A stretch of DNA of 58,141 bases, from positions 1-58,141 of the forward strand of contig DASTOW010000393.1 of assembly GCA_035762425.1 (NCBI GenBank), read 5' to 3'. Positions 39,606 through 48,928 of the stretch are shown piece after piece. Under the pieces are notes generated by a model. That model saw only the letters and a list, made by a program, of their open reading frames with translations. It did not search any database and had not been told where the DNA came from. The position numbers and the translations under genes were made by a program. Within the stretch, counting starts at the first letter, position 1. Every line of letters starts with the position of its first letter. The stretch comes from Hyphomicrobiaceae bacterium (GTDB lineage Bacteria > Pseudomonadota > Alphaproteobacteria > Rhizobiales > Hyphomicrobiaceae).

Positions 39606-40485
39606 TGTTCTGCACCTGCTCGCGCATCTGGTCGATGATGGCTTTCAGTTCGAGGCCGGCCCGCGTGGTCTCGGCATCGCTGGCCTTCGAGCACAGCGTA
39701 TTGGCCTCGCGGTTGAATTCTTGCGCCAGGAAATCCAGGCGCCGCCCGGCCGGCTCGCTGGATGCTAGCAGCTCGCGCGCGCCGGCAATGTGCGCCGCAA
39801 GGCGCTTCAGTTCCTCCTCGACGTCGGCGCGGGTGGCAAGCAGCGCCGCCTCCTGATAGAGCCGCGCCTCGTCGAGAGGCACGCCAGGCTCGAGCAGGCG
39901 CGCCACCTGCTCGTTGAGGCGCTGCCGAATGGCTTCGGGCGCGCGAGCCGGACAGCGCTCAACCATCTCGATCAGCCTTGCGATCGCCGACAGTTGCTCG
40001 ACGATCACGGCCTCGAGCCGGCGTCCTTCTCCAGCGCGCGCGGTCACCAACCCGTCGAGCGCCTGCGCCAGGCTCACCAGTATTGCCTCGTTGCGGTCGC
40101 GCGCCGCGTCCTCGCTCTCCTCTGCCTCGACGAACTCGAGCACGCCGCGGATGCCGAGCAGCCCATCGGCACGCGGGGGCTCGATATTGGTCATGGCATG
40201 TAACTTGTCGAGCGCCGCCAACACCTGACGCAAGGCGGCCTCGTTGAGGCGGATCTGGGAAACGCCTTCGCTGCGCTTGACGTTGAGATTGACCGAGATA
40301 CTGCCGCGCGTGACGCGCTTGGCGATTGCCTCGCGGATGCGCGGCTCCAGGGCCTCGAAGCCGGGCGGCAGGCGCAGCCGCACATCGAGGCCGCGACCAT
40401 TGACCGAACGCAGCTCCCAATGCCAACTCGTTGAACCGGCCGCCCCGTCCGCGCGGGCAAATCCGGTCATGCTCTTGATGGTCAT
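39598..40485 (-). CDS. yicC: YicC family stress-induced protein
   Basis: MTGFAR N-terminus, C-terminal EFNREANTL..K and QMREQVQNIE. Confidence 0.9.
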   Translation of the reverse strand: MTIKSMTGFARADGAAGSTSWHWELRSVNGRGLDVRLRLPPGFEALEPRIREAIAKRVTRGSISVNLNVKRSEGVSQIRLNEAALRQVLAALDKLHAMTNIEPPRADGLLGIRGVLEFVEAEESEDAARDRNEAILVSLAQALDGLVTARAGEGRRLEAVIVEQLSAIARLIEMVERCPARAPEAIRQRLNEQVARLLEPGVPLDEARLYQEAALLATRADVEEELKRLAAHIAGARELLASSEPAGRRLDFLAQEFNREANTLCSKASDAETTRAGLELKAIIDQMREQVQNIE

Positions 40486-40611
40486 GCGGGGGCGCTTCCG
40501 CGTGGCTGCCGGCGCGCGGCGCGCGCGATTCGGTCGACGTTGGCAGAGTCTAGCGGCAGATCACCGGCCCAACAAGAAGCACGGTCCATGGGCCGCGCGC
40601 GCGGCCTGAGC

Positions 40612-42093
40612 TCATTTCTTGCTGCCTTCCTGCGCCTTGTTGGCGTCCTGCGCCCAGGGCAAGGTCTCCTTCGGCGGGGCTTTCTTGACCTGAGTCTTCT
40701 CGGCCGCTTTCTCCTTGTCGGCAGCCTTGACCGCGGCTTTCTCGGGTGCCTTTTCCGGTGCCTTCTCTTCGGGCTTCTCCGCGGCCTTCTCTGCCGCCTG
40801 CTCGCCGCTCTGCTCTTTCGCGGGAGGTATGCGGATCAGGTTGCGGTTGCTGCCAGGCGCGTTGGTGTAGGGCAACGTGGTGGGAGGAATGCGCACCGTG
40901 CCGGCCTTGGCCTTCTCCTTCTCGGCCTTCTCCGCCTTCGTTTCCCGCTCGGTGGCGCGCCATTTGCTGACGTTGGTATTGTGGTCCTTCAGCGTCTCGG
41001 AGAACACGTGGCCACCGGCACCGTCGGCAACGAAATAGAGCTCCTTGGTGTCGGACGGATTGAGCACCGCCTCGATGGCGCGCCGTCCAGGGTTGCAGAT
41101 GGGCGTCTGGGGCAGGCCATGCATCTGGTACGTGTTGTGGTTGGTCTTCTGCTCGATCTCGCTGCGCAGGATGGGCCGGCCCCAGGCGACCTTGCCGCCC
41201 TGCAGGCCGTAGAGGATGGTGGGATCGGACTGCAGGCGCATGTTCAGGCGCAGCCGATTGTGGAACACGGCCGCCACGCGCTGGCGCTCGTCGTTGCGGC
41301 CGGTCTCCTTCTCGACGATCGAGGCGAGGATGACCGCTTCGTCCCACGACTTGATCGGCAGATCCTTCTTGCGCTGCGACCACAGCCGCTCGGCCAGCTG
41401 CTTGGACTGCGCAGCCATGTTGTCGAGGATCGTCTGGCGATCGTAGCCACGCGGCACGACGAAGGTTTCGGGTAGCAGCGAGCCTTCGGCCGGCACCGAG
41501 GTGATCTCGCCGGACAGCCCCTGGTCGGCCTTCAGGCGCTCCACGATCTGGTGACTGGTCAAGCCTTCCGGCACCGTCACCTTGTAGGTCACGGTGCGCC
41601 CTTCTGACAGGGTATCGACCACCTGCTTGATGCTGGCGTTCTGGCGAATCTCGAAGTCGCCGGCCTTGAGCTGGACGGCCTTGTCGCCGTCCATCCAGGC
41701 CGCGACCTTGGCCCAGAGGTATCCAGCCACGAACAGGCGACGGTCGGCGATGATCCCCTCGCGCTCAAGCCGGGTGGCGATCTCTTGCGTGCCCTCGCCC
41801 TTCGGGATCACCACAACCTTGTTGCGCTCCAGGGGCCCCGGCGCGTCGATCTGGCTGTCGAACACATAGGCCGCCGCGCCGGCAGCCACCATGAGCACCA
41901 GCACCAGGGTCAGCACGGCGTTCACAAAGCGCATGAACGGACGCATCCTGCGCGGTTCACGCCCGCCTCTGCCGCGCCGCGGCCTGGCAGGGGCGCGCGT
42001 CGGCTCCAGCCTCTCCAAAGGGCTGTGCGCGAGGCTGCCGGTACGACTGAACGACGGGTCCAGATTCCGGCCTACCGGCTGGCGAATGCTCAT
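40612..42093 (-). CDS. mltG: Endolytic murein transglycosylase MltG (YceG) with a long Lys/Glu/Ala/Pro-rich C-terminal tail
   Basis: Arg-rich cytoplasmic N-terminus, one transmembrane helix (FVNAVLTLVLVLMVAAGAAAYVF), and a YceG core (ILASIVEKETG, NTYQMHGLPQTPICNPG). About 110 aa of low-complexity tail follows (AEKAEKEKAKA...EKAAEKPEEKAPEKAPEKAAVKAADKEKAAEK). Confidence 0.88.
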   Translation of the reverse strand: MSIRQPVGRNLDPSFSRTGSLAHSPLERLEPTRAPARPRRGRGGREPRRMRPFMRFVNAVLTLVLVLMVAAGAAAYVFDSQIDAPGPLERNKVVVIPKGEGTQEIATRLEREGIIADRRLFVAGYLWAKVAAWMDGDKAVQLKAGDFEIRQNASIKQVVDTLSEGRTVTYKVTVPEGLTSHQIVERLKADQGLSGEITSVPAEGSLLPETFVVPRGYDRQTILDNMAAQSKQLAERLWSQRKKDLPIKSWDEAVILASIVEKETGRNDERQRVAAVFHNRLRLNMRLQSDPTILYGLQGGKVAWGRPILRSEIEQKTNHNTYQMHGLPQTPICNPGRRAIEAVLNPSDTKELYFVADGAGGHVFSETLKDHNTNVSKWRATERETKAEKAEKEKAKAGTVRIPPTTLPYTNAPGSNRNLIRIPPAKEQSGEQAAEKAAEKPEEKAPEKAPEKAAVKAADKEKAAEKTQVKKAPPKETLPWAQDANKAQEGSKK

Positions 42094-42338
42094 TCCTGGT
42101 TCCCAATCGACACGCCGCCCGTGTCCTGCAATGCAGTTTGGTGTGCCCTTTGTATCGGCTGGTGAATCTTACGTCGAACCTAATTGTAAATGTGGCGAAA
42201 GGGCGAAACGGTGCAGATACGCCCGTTCGCGCTGAGCATAAGTGCTTGTATACGCTGCGCCCGCGTCGGCAACGCAACGTGGTCCTACCCAGCGATCGGC
42301 GCCTGACAAAGCCGCTAATCGGCGCCCAAAAAGCCGGA

Positions 42339-43604
42339 CTAGGCCGTGTAGCGGCGCAACACCACGGAGGCGTTGGTGCCTCCGAAGCCGAACGAGTTCG
42401 ACAGCGCCACGTCGATCGGACGTTCCTGCGCCTTGTGCGGCACCAGGTCGATTGCCGTCTCCACCGATGGGTTGTCGAGATTGAGCGTGGGCGGGGCAAT
42501 GTTGTCGCGGATGGCGAGCACCGAGTAGATGGCCTCGACCGCACCGGCAGCACCAAGCAGATGGCCAATCGCCGATTTGGTCGACGACATGGCGAGCTTG
42601 CCGGATGCATTGCCAAACAGGCGTTCCACCGCCTTCAGTTCGATCTCGTCGCCCATGGTCGAGGTGCCGTGCGCATTCACGTACTGGATGTCGCTTGGCT
42701 GCAGACCCGCCCGCTTCAGCGCCATGCGCATGGAGCGATAGGCGCCATCGCCGTCCTCAGACGGAGCGGTGATGTGATAGGCGTCACCCGACAAGCCGTA
42801 GCCGATCACCTCGGCATAGATCTTGGCGCCGCGCGCCTTGGCGTGCTCGAGCTCCTCTAGCACGACGATGCCGGCACCCTCGCCCATCACGAAACCGTCG
42901 CGATCCTTGTCGTAGGGACGCGAGGCTTTCTGTGGCTGGTCGTTGAAGGTCGTGCAAAGCGCGCGGCACGCGGCGAAGCCGGCAACCGCGATGCGGCAGA
43001 TCGGGCTTTCGGCTCCTCCCGCCACCATCACGTCGGCATCGTCGAGCGCAATCAGCCGCGCTGCATCACCGATGGCATGCGCGCCGGTTGAGCAGGCGGT
43101 GACGACGGCGTGGTTGGGACCTTTCAGGTCATGGCGGATCGACACGTAGCCAGACGCCAGATTGATCAGTCGCCCAGGGATGAAGAACGGGCTGACGCGG
43201 CGCGGCCCCTTCTCCTTGAGAAGGATCGAGGTATCGGCGATGCCGGACAGGCCGCCGATGCCGGAACCGATCAGGACGCCGGTGCGCTCCTGCTTCTCCT
43301 GCGTATCGGCTATCCAGCCGGCGTCGTCGAGCGCCTGTGTGGAGGCGGCCATGCCGTAAACGATGAAGTCATCAACCTTGCGCTGTTCCTTTGGCTCCAT
43401 CCAATCGTCGGGATTGAACTTGCCTTCGGACTGCGCGCCGCGAGGAATGAAGCAGGCGATCTGACACGTCAGATCGTCGACCTGGAATTCCTCGATGCGG
43501 CGGGCGCCGCTGTTGCCAGCAATCAACCGCGACCAGCTTGCATCGACGCCGCTACCGAGCGGCGTCACGAGGCCGAGCCCGGTGATGACGACGCGTCGCA
43601 ACAT
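42339..43604 (-). CDS. fabF: Beta-ketoacyl-ACP synthase II
   Basis: KAS II pattern: active-site ACSTGAHAIG, NAHGTST, and NSFGFGGTNAS at the C-terminus. Confidence 0.96.
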   Translation of the reverse strand: MLRRVVITGLGLVTPLGSGVDASWSRLIAGNSGARRIEEFQVDDLTCQIACFIPRGAQSEGKFNPDDWMEPKEQRKVDDFIVYGMAASTQALDDAGWIADTQEKQERTGVLIGSGIGGLSGIADTSILLKEKGPRRVSPFFIPGRLINLASGYVSIRHDLKGPNHAVVTACSTGAHAIGDAARLIALDDADVMVAGGAESPICRIAVAGFAACRALCTTFNDQPQKASRPYDKDRDGFVMGEGAGIVVLEELEHAKARGAKIYAEVIGYGLSGDAYHITAPSEDGDGAYRSMRMALKRAGLQPSDIQYVNAHGTSTMGDEIELKAVERLFGNASGKLAMSSTKSAIGHLLGAAGAVEAIYSVLAIRDNIAPPTLNLDNPSVETAIDLVPHKAQERPIDVALSNSFGFGGTNASVVLRRYTA

Positions 43605-43690
43605 GCCTGATCCTGAAACTGCTGTTTCGGCTATCGGTGCAGGGGCGACGCAATTGCCGTCCCGGCACTCACATCGCGGCGGCCTGGCTC

Positions 43691-43936
43691 TCAGGCCGCG
43701 CTGCTGGCGTTCTTCTCAAGAAATTTGACCGCATCGCCGACGGTCTGGATCTGCTCGGCGGCGTCATCGGGAATCTCGCAGCCGAACTCTTCCTCGAACG
43801 CCATCACGAGTTCCACAGTGTCCAAGCTGTCCGCGCCCAGATCATCGATGAAGCTGGCGTTGTCGGTGACCTTGTCGGCCTCGACGCCCAGATGTTCGAC
43901 CACGATCTTTTTTACGCGCGCTGCGACATCGCTCAT
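43691..43936 (-). CDS. acpP: Acyl carrier protein
   Basis: [26 protein letters not shown] precedes the ATG at 43936. Confidence 0.97.
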   Translation of the reverse strand: MSDVAARVKKIVVEHLGVEADKVTDNASFIDDLGADSLDTVELVMAFEEEFGCEIPDDAAEQIQTVGDAVKFLEKNASSAA

Positions 43937-44187
43937 TGGTTTATCCCCTCGGCTCTTTCGCTGATCCAAGCTGTTGCGGTTTGTTTCTCACCCGTGAGGG
44001 ATGGGCCAACGGCCCCTACCAACGCCACGCGAACGAGCGGCACGGCGCCGCCAGGCATCCGGCCGATCCGGTTTTTTCCCAGGGTTGAACTCACAAATCA
44101 CGGGCTCGTTAACACACTTCATAGGGCTTGACCAGCACTCCAAAAAGCCCGGTCCAGCCCGCGTTTACCACAGGCCTTGGCCAGCCT

Positions 44188-44931
44188 TCAGATCATGACC
44201 ATGCCGCCGTTCACGTGCAGGGTTTGGCCCGTCATATAGCCGGCTTCCGCCGAGGCCAGATAGACCGTTGCCGCGGCGATGTCATCAGGCGTACCGAACT
44301 TCTGGGCCGGGATGGCTTCACGGATCGTGGCCACCTGTTTTTCGTTAAGTGCGTCGGTCATCGGCGTCGAGATGAAGCCAGGGGCGATGCAGTTGACCGT
44401 GATGCCGCGCGAGGCGACCTCGCGGGCCAGCGACTTGGACATGCCGATCATGCCGGCCTTGGAGGCGGCGTAGTTGCCCTGGCCCGGGTTGCCGATGATG
44501 CCGCTCACCGAGGAGATGTTAACGATCCGGCCATAGCCGGTCTTGGCCCGCATCATGCCCCTGGCGGCCGCCCGCATCAGCATGAAGGTGGACGTCAGAT
44601 TGACCGCGATCACCTCGTCCCACTGTTCGTCCTTCATGACCATGAACAGGTTGTCCTTGGTCAACCCGGCGTTGTTGACCAGGATATCGAGCCGGCCGAG
44701 CTTGGCCGTGGCCTCATCGATGAGTTTCGCAACCTGGGCCTTATTGCCGAGGTCGCACGGACAGACGTGCACCCTGCTGCCTAGCTCGGAGGCGAGCTTG
44801 TCGAGCTTGTCCTGCTGCCGGCCCGAGATGGCGACGGTCGCGCCCTGCTTGTGCAAGGCCTTGGCAATGGCGCCGCCGATGCCACCAGTGGCGCCCGTGA
44901 CCAGTGCACTCTTGTCGGTCAACTCGAACAT
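44188..44931 (-). CDS. fabG: 3-oxoacyl-ACP reductase
   Basis: SDR motifs: TGATGGIG and YAASKAG. Its position between fabD and acpP also fits. Confidence 0.95.
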   Translation of the reverse strand: MFELTDKSALVTGATGGIGGAIAKALHKQGATVAISGRQQDKLDKLASELGSRVHVCPCDLGNKAQVAKLIDEATAKLGRLDILVNNAGLTKDNLFMVMKDEQWDEVIAVNLTSTFMLMRAAARGMMRAKTGYGRIVNISSVSGIIGNPGQGNYAASKAGMIGMSKSLAREVASRGITVNCIAPGFISTPMTDALNEKQVATIREAIPAQKFGTPDDIAAATVYLASAEAGYMTGQTLHVNGGMVMI

Positions 44932-44940
44932 CTGATCCCT

Positions 44941-45888
44941 CTATTTTGAGAGCGACGGTAGCGCCGCGTCGATATCCTGCGGCGTGCCGATCGAGGTTGC
45001 ATTGAGTGTCGGAACGATACGCTTGGCGAGCCCGCTCAGCACCTTGCCCGAGCCAATTTCGTAGACGTCGGTGACGCCGGCCTCGGCCATTGCCGTCACA
45101 CACTCGCGCCAGCGCACGGTTCCCGTCACCTGCTCGACCAAACGTTGCTTGATCTCCGCCGGATCGCGGATCGGTGCGGCCAGCACGTTGGCGACCACCG
45201 GTACGGCCGGCGTCTTGAAGTCGACCTCGCGCAGCGCCGCGGCCATCGCGTCGGCCGCGGGTTGCATCAGCGCGCAGTGGAATGGAGCACTGACGTTGAG
45301 CGGCATGAAGCGCCGCACGCCGTGCGCCTTGGCGAGCTGCCCGGCCCGGTCGACAGCTGTCTTGGCGCCGGAGATGACGGCCTGCGTCGGCTCGTTGTCG
45401 TTGGCGAGTTGGCACACCTCGCCCTGCCCAGCTTCGGCAGCCAGCTTCTCGGCAACATCCTTGCCGACGCCGAGCAGGGCCGCCATCGCGCCTTGCCCGA
45501 CCGGCACGGCCGCTTGCATGGCCTTGCCGCGGATGCGCAGCAGGCGGGCCGCATCGGCGACGCTGACGGCGCCGGCAGCCGCCAGTGCCGAATATTCGCC
45601 GAGCGAATGTCCGGCTACGAATTGCACCTTGTCTGCCAGTCGGAAGCCCTTCTCGGCTTCCAGCACCCGCATCACCGCTAGGGACACGGCCATCAGGGCC
45701 GGCTGGGCGTTCTCGGTGAGCGTCAGGGTATCGAGCGGGCCTGCGAACATCAGCTCGGAGAGCTTCTGGCCGAGCGCCGCGTCGATCTCATCGAACACGG
45801 CCCGGGCGGACGCGTAGGTCTTGGCCAGATCGGCACCCATGCCGACCGCCTGACTGCCTTGTCCGGGGAAGACGAATGCGACGGCCAT
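44941..45888 (-). CDS. fabD: Malonyl-CoA:ACP transacylase
   Basis: FVFPGQGSQ and GHSLGEYSAL motifs. ATG at 45888 is preferred to 45909, by comparison with the typical FabD N-terminus. Confidence 0.95.
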   Translation of the reverse strand: MAVAFVFPGQGSQAVGMGADLAKTYASARAVFDEIDAALGQKLSELMFAGPLDTLTLTENAQPALMAVSLAVMRVLEAEKGFRLADKVQFVAGHSLGEYSALAAAGAVSVADAARLLRIRGKAMQAAVPVGQGAMAALLGVGKDVAEKLAAEAGQGEVCQLANDNEPTQAVISGAKTAVDRAGQLAKAHGVRRFMPLNVSAPFHCALMQPAADAMAAALREVDFKTPAVPVVANVLAAPIRDPAEIKQRLVEQVTGTVRWRECVTAMAEAGVTDVYEIGSGKVLSGLAKRIVPTLNATSIGTPQDIDAALPSLSK

Positions 45889-46027
45889 GCTGACCTGATT
45901 GAGTTGCATCGCTGAGGATCGTTGCGCGCTTAGATACGTCCCCCGCCCGCCCTGTCAAGCGCGCCAGGAACAGCCGGCCAGACTCGCTCCACAGTCGCTC
46001 CAGGGTTGCTTCAGGGTCGCTCCAGGC

Positions 46028-46055
46028 TTGCACGCCTGCCAAAAGCGCGTATAAG
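46028..46055 (+). promoter_or_regulatory. Candidate sigma-70 promoter for rpsF-rpsR (TTGCAC, 16-nt spacer, TATAAG)
   Basis: Hexamers were read at 46028-46033 and 46050-46055. This would leave a leader of about 190 nt before the rpsF ATG. It is a prediction only. Confidence 0.4.
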
Positions 46056-46251
46056 TCGCGCCGTTACCCGCTCCGGTTGGAGGCTGAATGGGGGGCCGCT
46101 CTGGTCACAGGCGGCAGGGCTGCAAGGCCCGGCTCCCGGTGTCTCCGCTCTTTCGGGTCCTTTGGGCCTTTCCTCGCAGCGCCAGCTGCACGGGGGCCCA
46201 AAAGGGGCTATGCGCCGGAACGGACAGCAACGGTAGAAGGAAAGGCACCGC

Positions 46252-46809
46252 ATGCCGCTTTATGAGCATGTGTTCCTGGCGCGCCAGGACATCTCGCAGG
46301 CCCAGGTCGAGGCCCTGACCAAAGAGTACACCACAGTCATCGAGGAAGGCGGAGGAAAGGTCGGTAAGACCGAGTACTGGGGCGTCAAGACCATCGCCTT
46401 CAAGATCAAGAAGAACCGCAAAGCCCATTACTCGCTCCTGAACATCGATGCCCCGCCGGCAGCGGTGGCCGAGATGGAGCGGCGCATGGGGCTGTCGACC
46501 GACGTCATCCGCTTCCTGACCGTGCGCGTCGATGAGCATGAGACGGAGCCCTCCATTCAGATGCGCAAGAGCGACCGCGACGAGCGCGGCGATCGCGACC
46601 GTGGCGGCTTCCGCGGCGGGGATCGCGGCGGCTTCCGCGGCGGGGATCGAGGCGGGTTCCGCGGCGGGGATCGCGGCGGCTTCCGGGGCGGCGATCGAGG
46701 TGGCGGAGGCGGCGGCTTCCGCGCCCGCGAGGACGGCGACCGCCCACGCGGGCCGCGTCCTCCTCGCGATAGCGATACTCCGTCCACCCCCGACACGCAG
46801 GAGAGCTAG
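46252..46809 (+). CDS. rpsF: 30S ribosomal protein S6 with a C-terminal Arg-Gly-rich repeat extension
   Basis: [13 protein letters not shown]... is a canonical S6 core. The tail is (GGFRGGDR)x4, encoded by a 24-bp x 4 tandem repeat at 46603-46698. Confidence 0.95.
   Translation: MPLYEHVFLARQDISQAQVEALTKEYTTVIEEGGGKVGKTEYWGVKTIAFKIKKNRKAHYSLLNIDAPPAAVAEMERRMGLSTDVIRFLTVRVDEHETEPSIQMRKSDRDERGDRDRGGFRGGDRGGFRGGDRGGFRGGDRGGFRGGDRGGGGGGFRAREDGDRPRGPRPPRDSDTPSTPDTQES
46603..46698 (+). repeat. In-frame 24-bp x 4 tandem repeat (GGCGGCTTCCGCGGCGGGGATCGC) inside rpsF
   Basis: Copies at 46603, 46627, 46651 and 46675, each with 0-3 substitutions. Confidence 0.9.
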
Positions 46810-46812
46810 CCC

Positions 46813-47061
46813 ATGGCCGAGGTTGCGACCATTCCCGCCAAGCGACCCTTCCATCGCCGGCGCAAGACCTGCCCCTTCTCAGGTGATAAGGCACCGAAGA
46901 TCGACTACAAGGACGGCCGCCTGCTCGGCCGGTATGTGTCGGAGCGCGGCAAGATCGTGCCGAGCCGCATTACGGCAGTCTCGGCTAAGAAGCAGCGCGA
47001 GCTAGCCAAGGCCATCAAGCGCTCGCGCTTCATCGGCTTGCTGCCGTACGTGATCAAGTAG
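46813..47061 (+). CDS. rpsR: 30S ribosomal protein S18
   Basis: RRRKTCPF...[29 protein letters not shown] pattern. Confidence 0.96.
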   Translation: MAEVATIPAKRPFHRRRKTCPFSGDKAPKIDYKDGRLLGRYVSERGKIVPSRITAVSAKKQRELAKAIKRSRFIGLLPYVIK

Positions 47062-47157
47062 GCACACTGCGCCACCACGTGGCGCGGCAATGTCGCAAGG
47101 TTGGGGCGGGCCGCGTCGGGTCCCGTCTCTAACCGCCAAAGGCGGGACAGCTCGGAC

Positions 47158-48108
47158 ATGCAGTACGGTATCATCATCGGTCTGTGCGCAGGCCTCGCTT
47201 CGGCGGTGCTGTTCTATTCGGCCGCGCGCGGCTCTCCCCTGATTGGCACTCTGCTGGTGCTGCTGACGCCGCTGCCTTCGATGCTGGCGGGCCTTGGATG
47301 GGGCTGGCTGCCGGCGGCGCTCGGCGCGTTTGCCGGTTCGCTCCTGATGGCGTTTATTGCCAACCTGCCGTTTGCGGTCGGCTATTTCCTGGCCCTTGGC
47401 GCTCCCGTCGCGATGGCCGCCTACCTCGCCTACCTGAGCCGGCCCAACCCCAATGACGCGGCTCAGCGCGAATGGTATCCGGCCGGACGGCTGGTGGCCG
47501 CCCTGTCTCTCTACGGTGGTGCGTTACCGGTACTGATGCTGCCGCTGATCGGCGGTACCTACGAGATCCTGCGTGCGCCGATGGGCGAATTCCTGCGCCG
47601 CCTGTCCGCCCGCGCCACCCCCGACCTTGGCATCCCCCAGCTGACGGACGTGCAGGTCGAGGCGTTGGCCGAGCTATTCGTCTACATCCTGCCGGGCGCG
47701 GTGGCCGCCTACTGGCTCGGCATCTTCGCGCTCAATCTCTATCTCGCCGGACGCGTAGCGCGCGCTTCAGGGCGGCTCGGCCGCGACTGGCCCGACCTCG
47801 CATCGCTCGCCTATCCGCTGGGCTTCCAACTGCTGCTCGCCGCCGCGCTGGTCGCAACCTTTGCACCAGGCGTGCTCGGCGTGGCTGGGGTCGGCCTGTC
47901 GGGCGCCCTGCTGCTCGCCTATTTCTTCGCCGGCCTGGCGCTGATGCACTACATCGCCCGCGCCCGCGCACCATGGATCCTGTGGCTGGTGTACGCCGGG
48001 GTCCTGTTCATCGAGCCCTACACCGCCATCGTGCTCATGATCGCCGGCCTGCTGGAGCCTGCCTTTAAGTTCAGGCAACGCTTCGGCCAGCAACCTCCAT
48101 CAACCTGA
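47158..48108 (+). CDS. Polytopic membrane protein (DUF2232-like) between rpsR and rplI
   Basis: It has many hydrophobic helices. A membrane protein in this position, between S18 and L9, is common in alphaproteobacteria. The start is ATG at 47158. Confidence 0.7.
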   Translation: MQYGIIIGLCAGLASAVLFYSAARGSPLIGTLLVLLTPLPSMLAGLGWGWLPAALGAFAGSLLMAFIANLPFAVGYFLALGAPVAMAAYLAYLSRPNPNDAAQREWYPAGRLVAALSLYGGALPVLMLPLIGGTYEILRAPMGEFLRRLSARATPDLGIPQLTDVQVEALAELFVYILPGAVAAYWLGIFALNLYLAGRVARASGRLGRDWPDLASLAYPLGFQLLLAAALVATFAPGVLGVAGVGLSGALLLAYFFAGLALMHYIARARAPWILWLVYAGVLFIEPYTAIVLMIAGLLEPAFKFRQRFGQQPPST

Positions 48109-48138
48109 ACTAGCAACCACCGGACACGGAGTACCCCT

Positions 48139-48741
48139 ATGCAGGTCATTCTTCTCGAGCGCATCGGCCGCCTTGGCCAGATGGGCGATGTCGTGAACGT
48201 TAAGGACGGCTACGCCCGCAACTTCCTGCTACCGCAGAAGAAGGCGCTGCGCGCAACGGAGGAGAATCTCGCCCGCTTCGAAGGCCAGCGCGCCCAACTC
48301 GAGGCACGCGATCTCGAGTTGAAGAAAGAGGCTCAAGCCGTCGCCGAGAAACTCGGGGGCAAGACCTTCCTCGCGATCCGCCAGGCCGGCGACACCGGCC
48401 AGCTGTACGGCTCGGTGACGTCGCGCGACATCGCCGAAGTGATCACCGCTGGCGGCTTCAGCATCGACCGCCGCCAGGTCGTGCTCGACAAGCCGATCAA
48501 GACGCTCGGCTTACACGCCATCCGCATTGCTCTGCACCCGGAGGTCGTGGTGCAGGTGAGCCTGAACGTCGCCCGCTCCGAGGATGAGGCCGAGCGGCAG
48601 GCGCGCGGCGAAGACGTCACCATCATCAAGGAAGAGAAGATCGAGCTCGAGACCTTCGATGCGGACGCCGTGTTTGAGGATGAGGCACTGGCTCTTCAGA
48701 AGACGGGCGAAGCGGAAGAGCCGACTGCCGACAAATCCTGA
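48139..48741 (+). CDS. rplI: 50S ribosomal protein L9
   Basis: [36 protein letters not shown] is a canonical L9 N-terminus. Confidence 0.96.
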   Translation: MQVILLERIGRLGQMGDVVNVKDGYARNFLLPQKKALRATEENLARFEGQRAQLEARDLELKKEAQAVAEKLGGKTFLAIRQAGDTGQLYGSVTSRDIAEVITAGGFSIDRRQVVLDKPIKTLGLHAIRIALHPEVVVQVSLNVARSEDEAERQARGEDVTIIKEEKIELETFDADAVFEDEALALQKTGEAEEPTADKS

Positions 48742-48773
48742 GCGAGCAAGAGGGCTCGCTTTGCATGTGCAAG

Positions 48774-48815
48774 CGCCCGGGCGCGGGAACTCGCGTCCGG
48801 GCGTTGTCGTTTTTC
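48774..48815 (+). terminator. Rho-independent terminator after rplI
   Basis: 12-bp stem (cgcccgggcgcg / cgcgtccgggcg, one mismatch), a 6-nt loop, then ttgtcgttttt. Confidence 0.75.
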
Positions 48816-48928
48816 TACCCGCTTGGCCCTCGCCAGGATCGCTGCGGGTATTTGACTTTGGTATAATGCTCCAAAATAATCGGGAGGAAGGGCTGGAGGG
48901 TTCGTAAGCCGCACAGGAACAGTGCGTC

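Noticed and set aside
40540-41475. Alternative-frame ORFs inside mltG (40540..41475 plus, 40550..41383 minus).
   Set aside because: The YceG motifs lie in the 40612..42093 minus frame. The others are repeat-driven open frames.
46105-46894. Minus-strand ORFs opposite rpsF (249 aa, 129 aa and 79 aa).
   Set aside because: They are kept open by the GC-rich RGG repeat. S6 on the plus strand is unambiguous.
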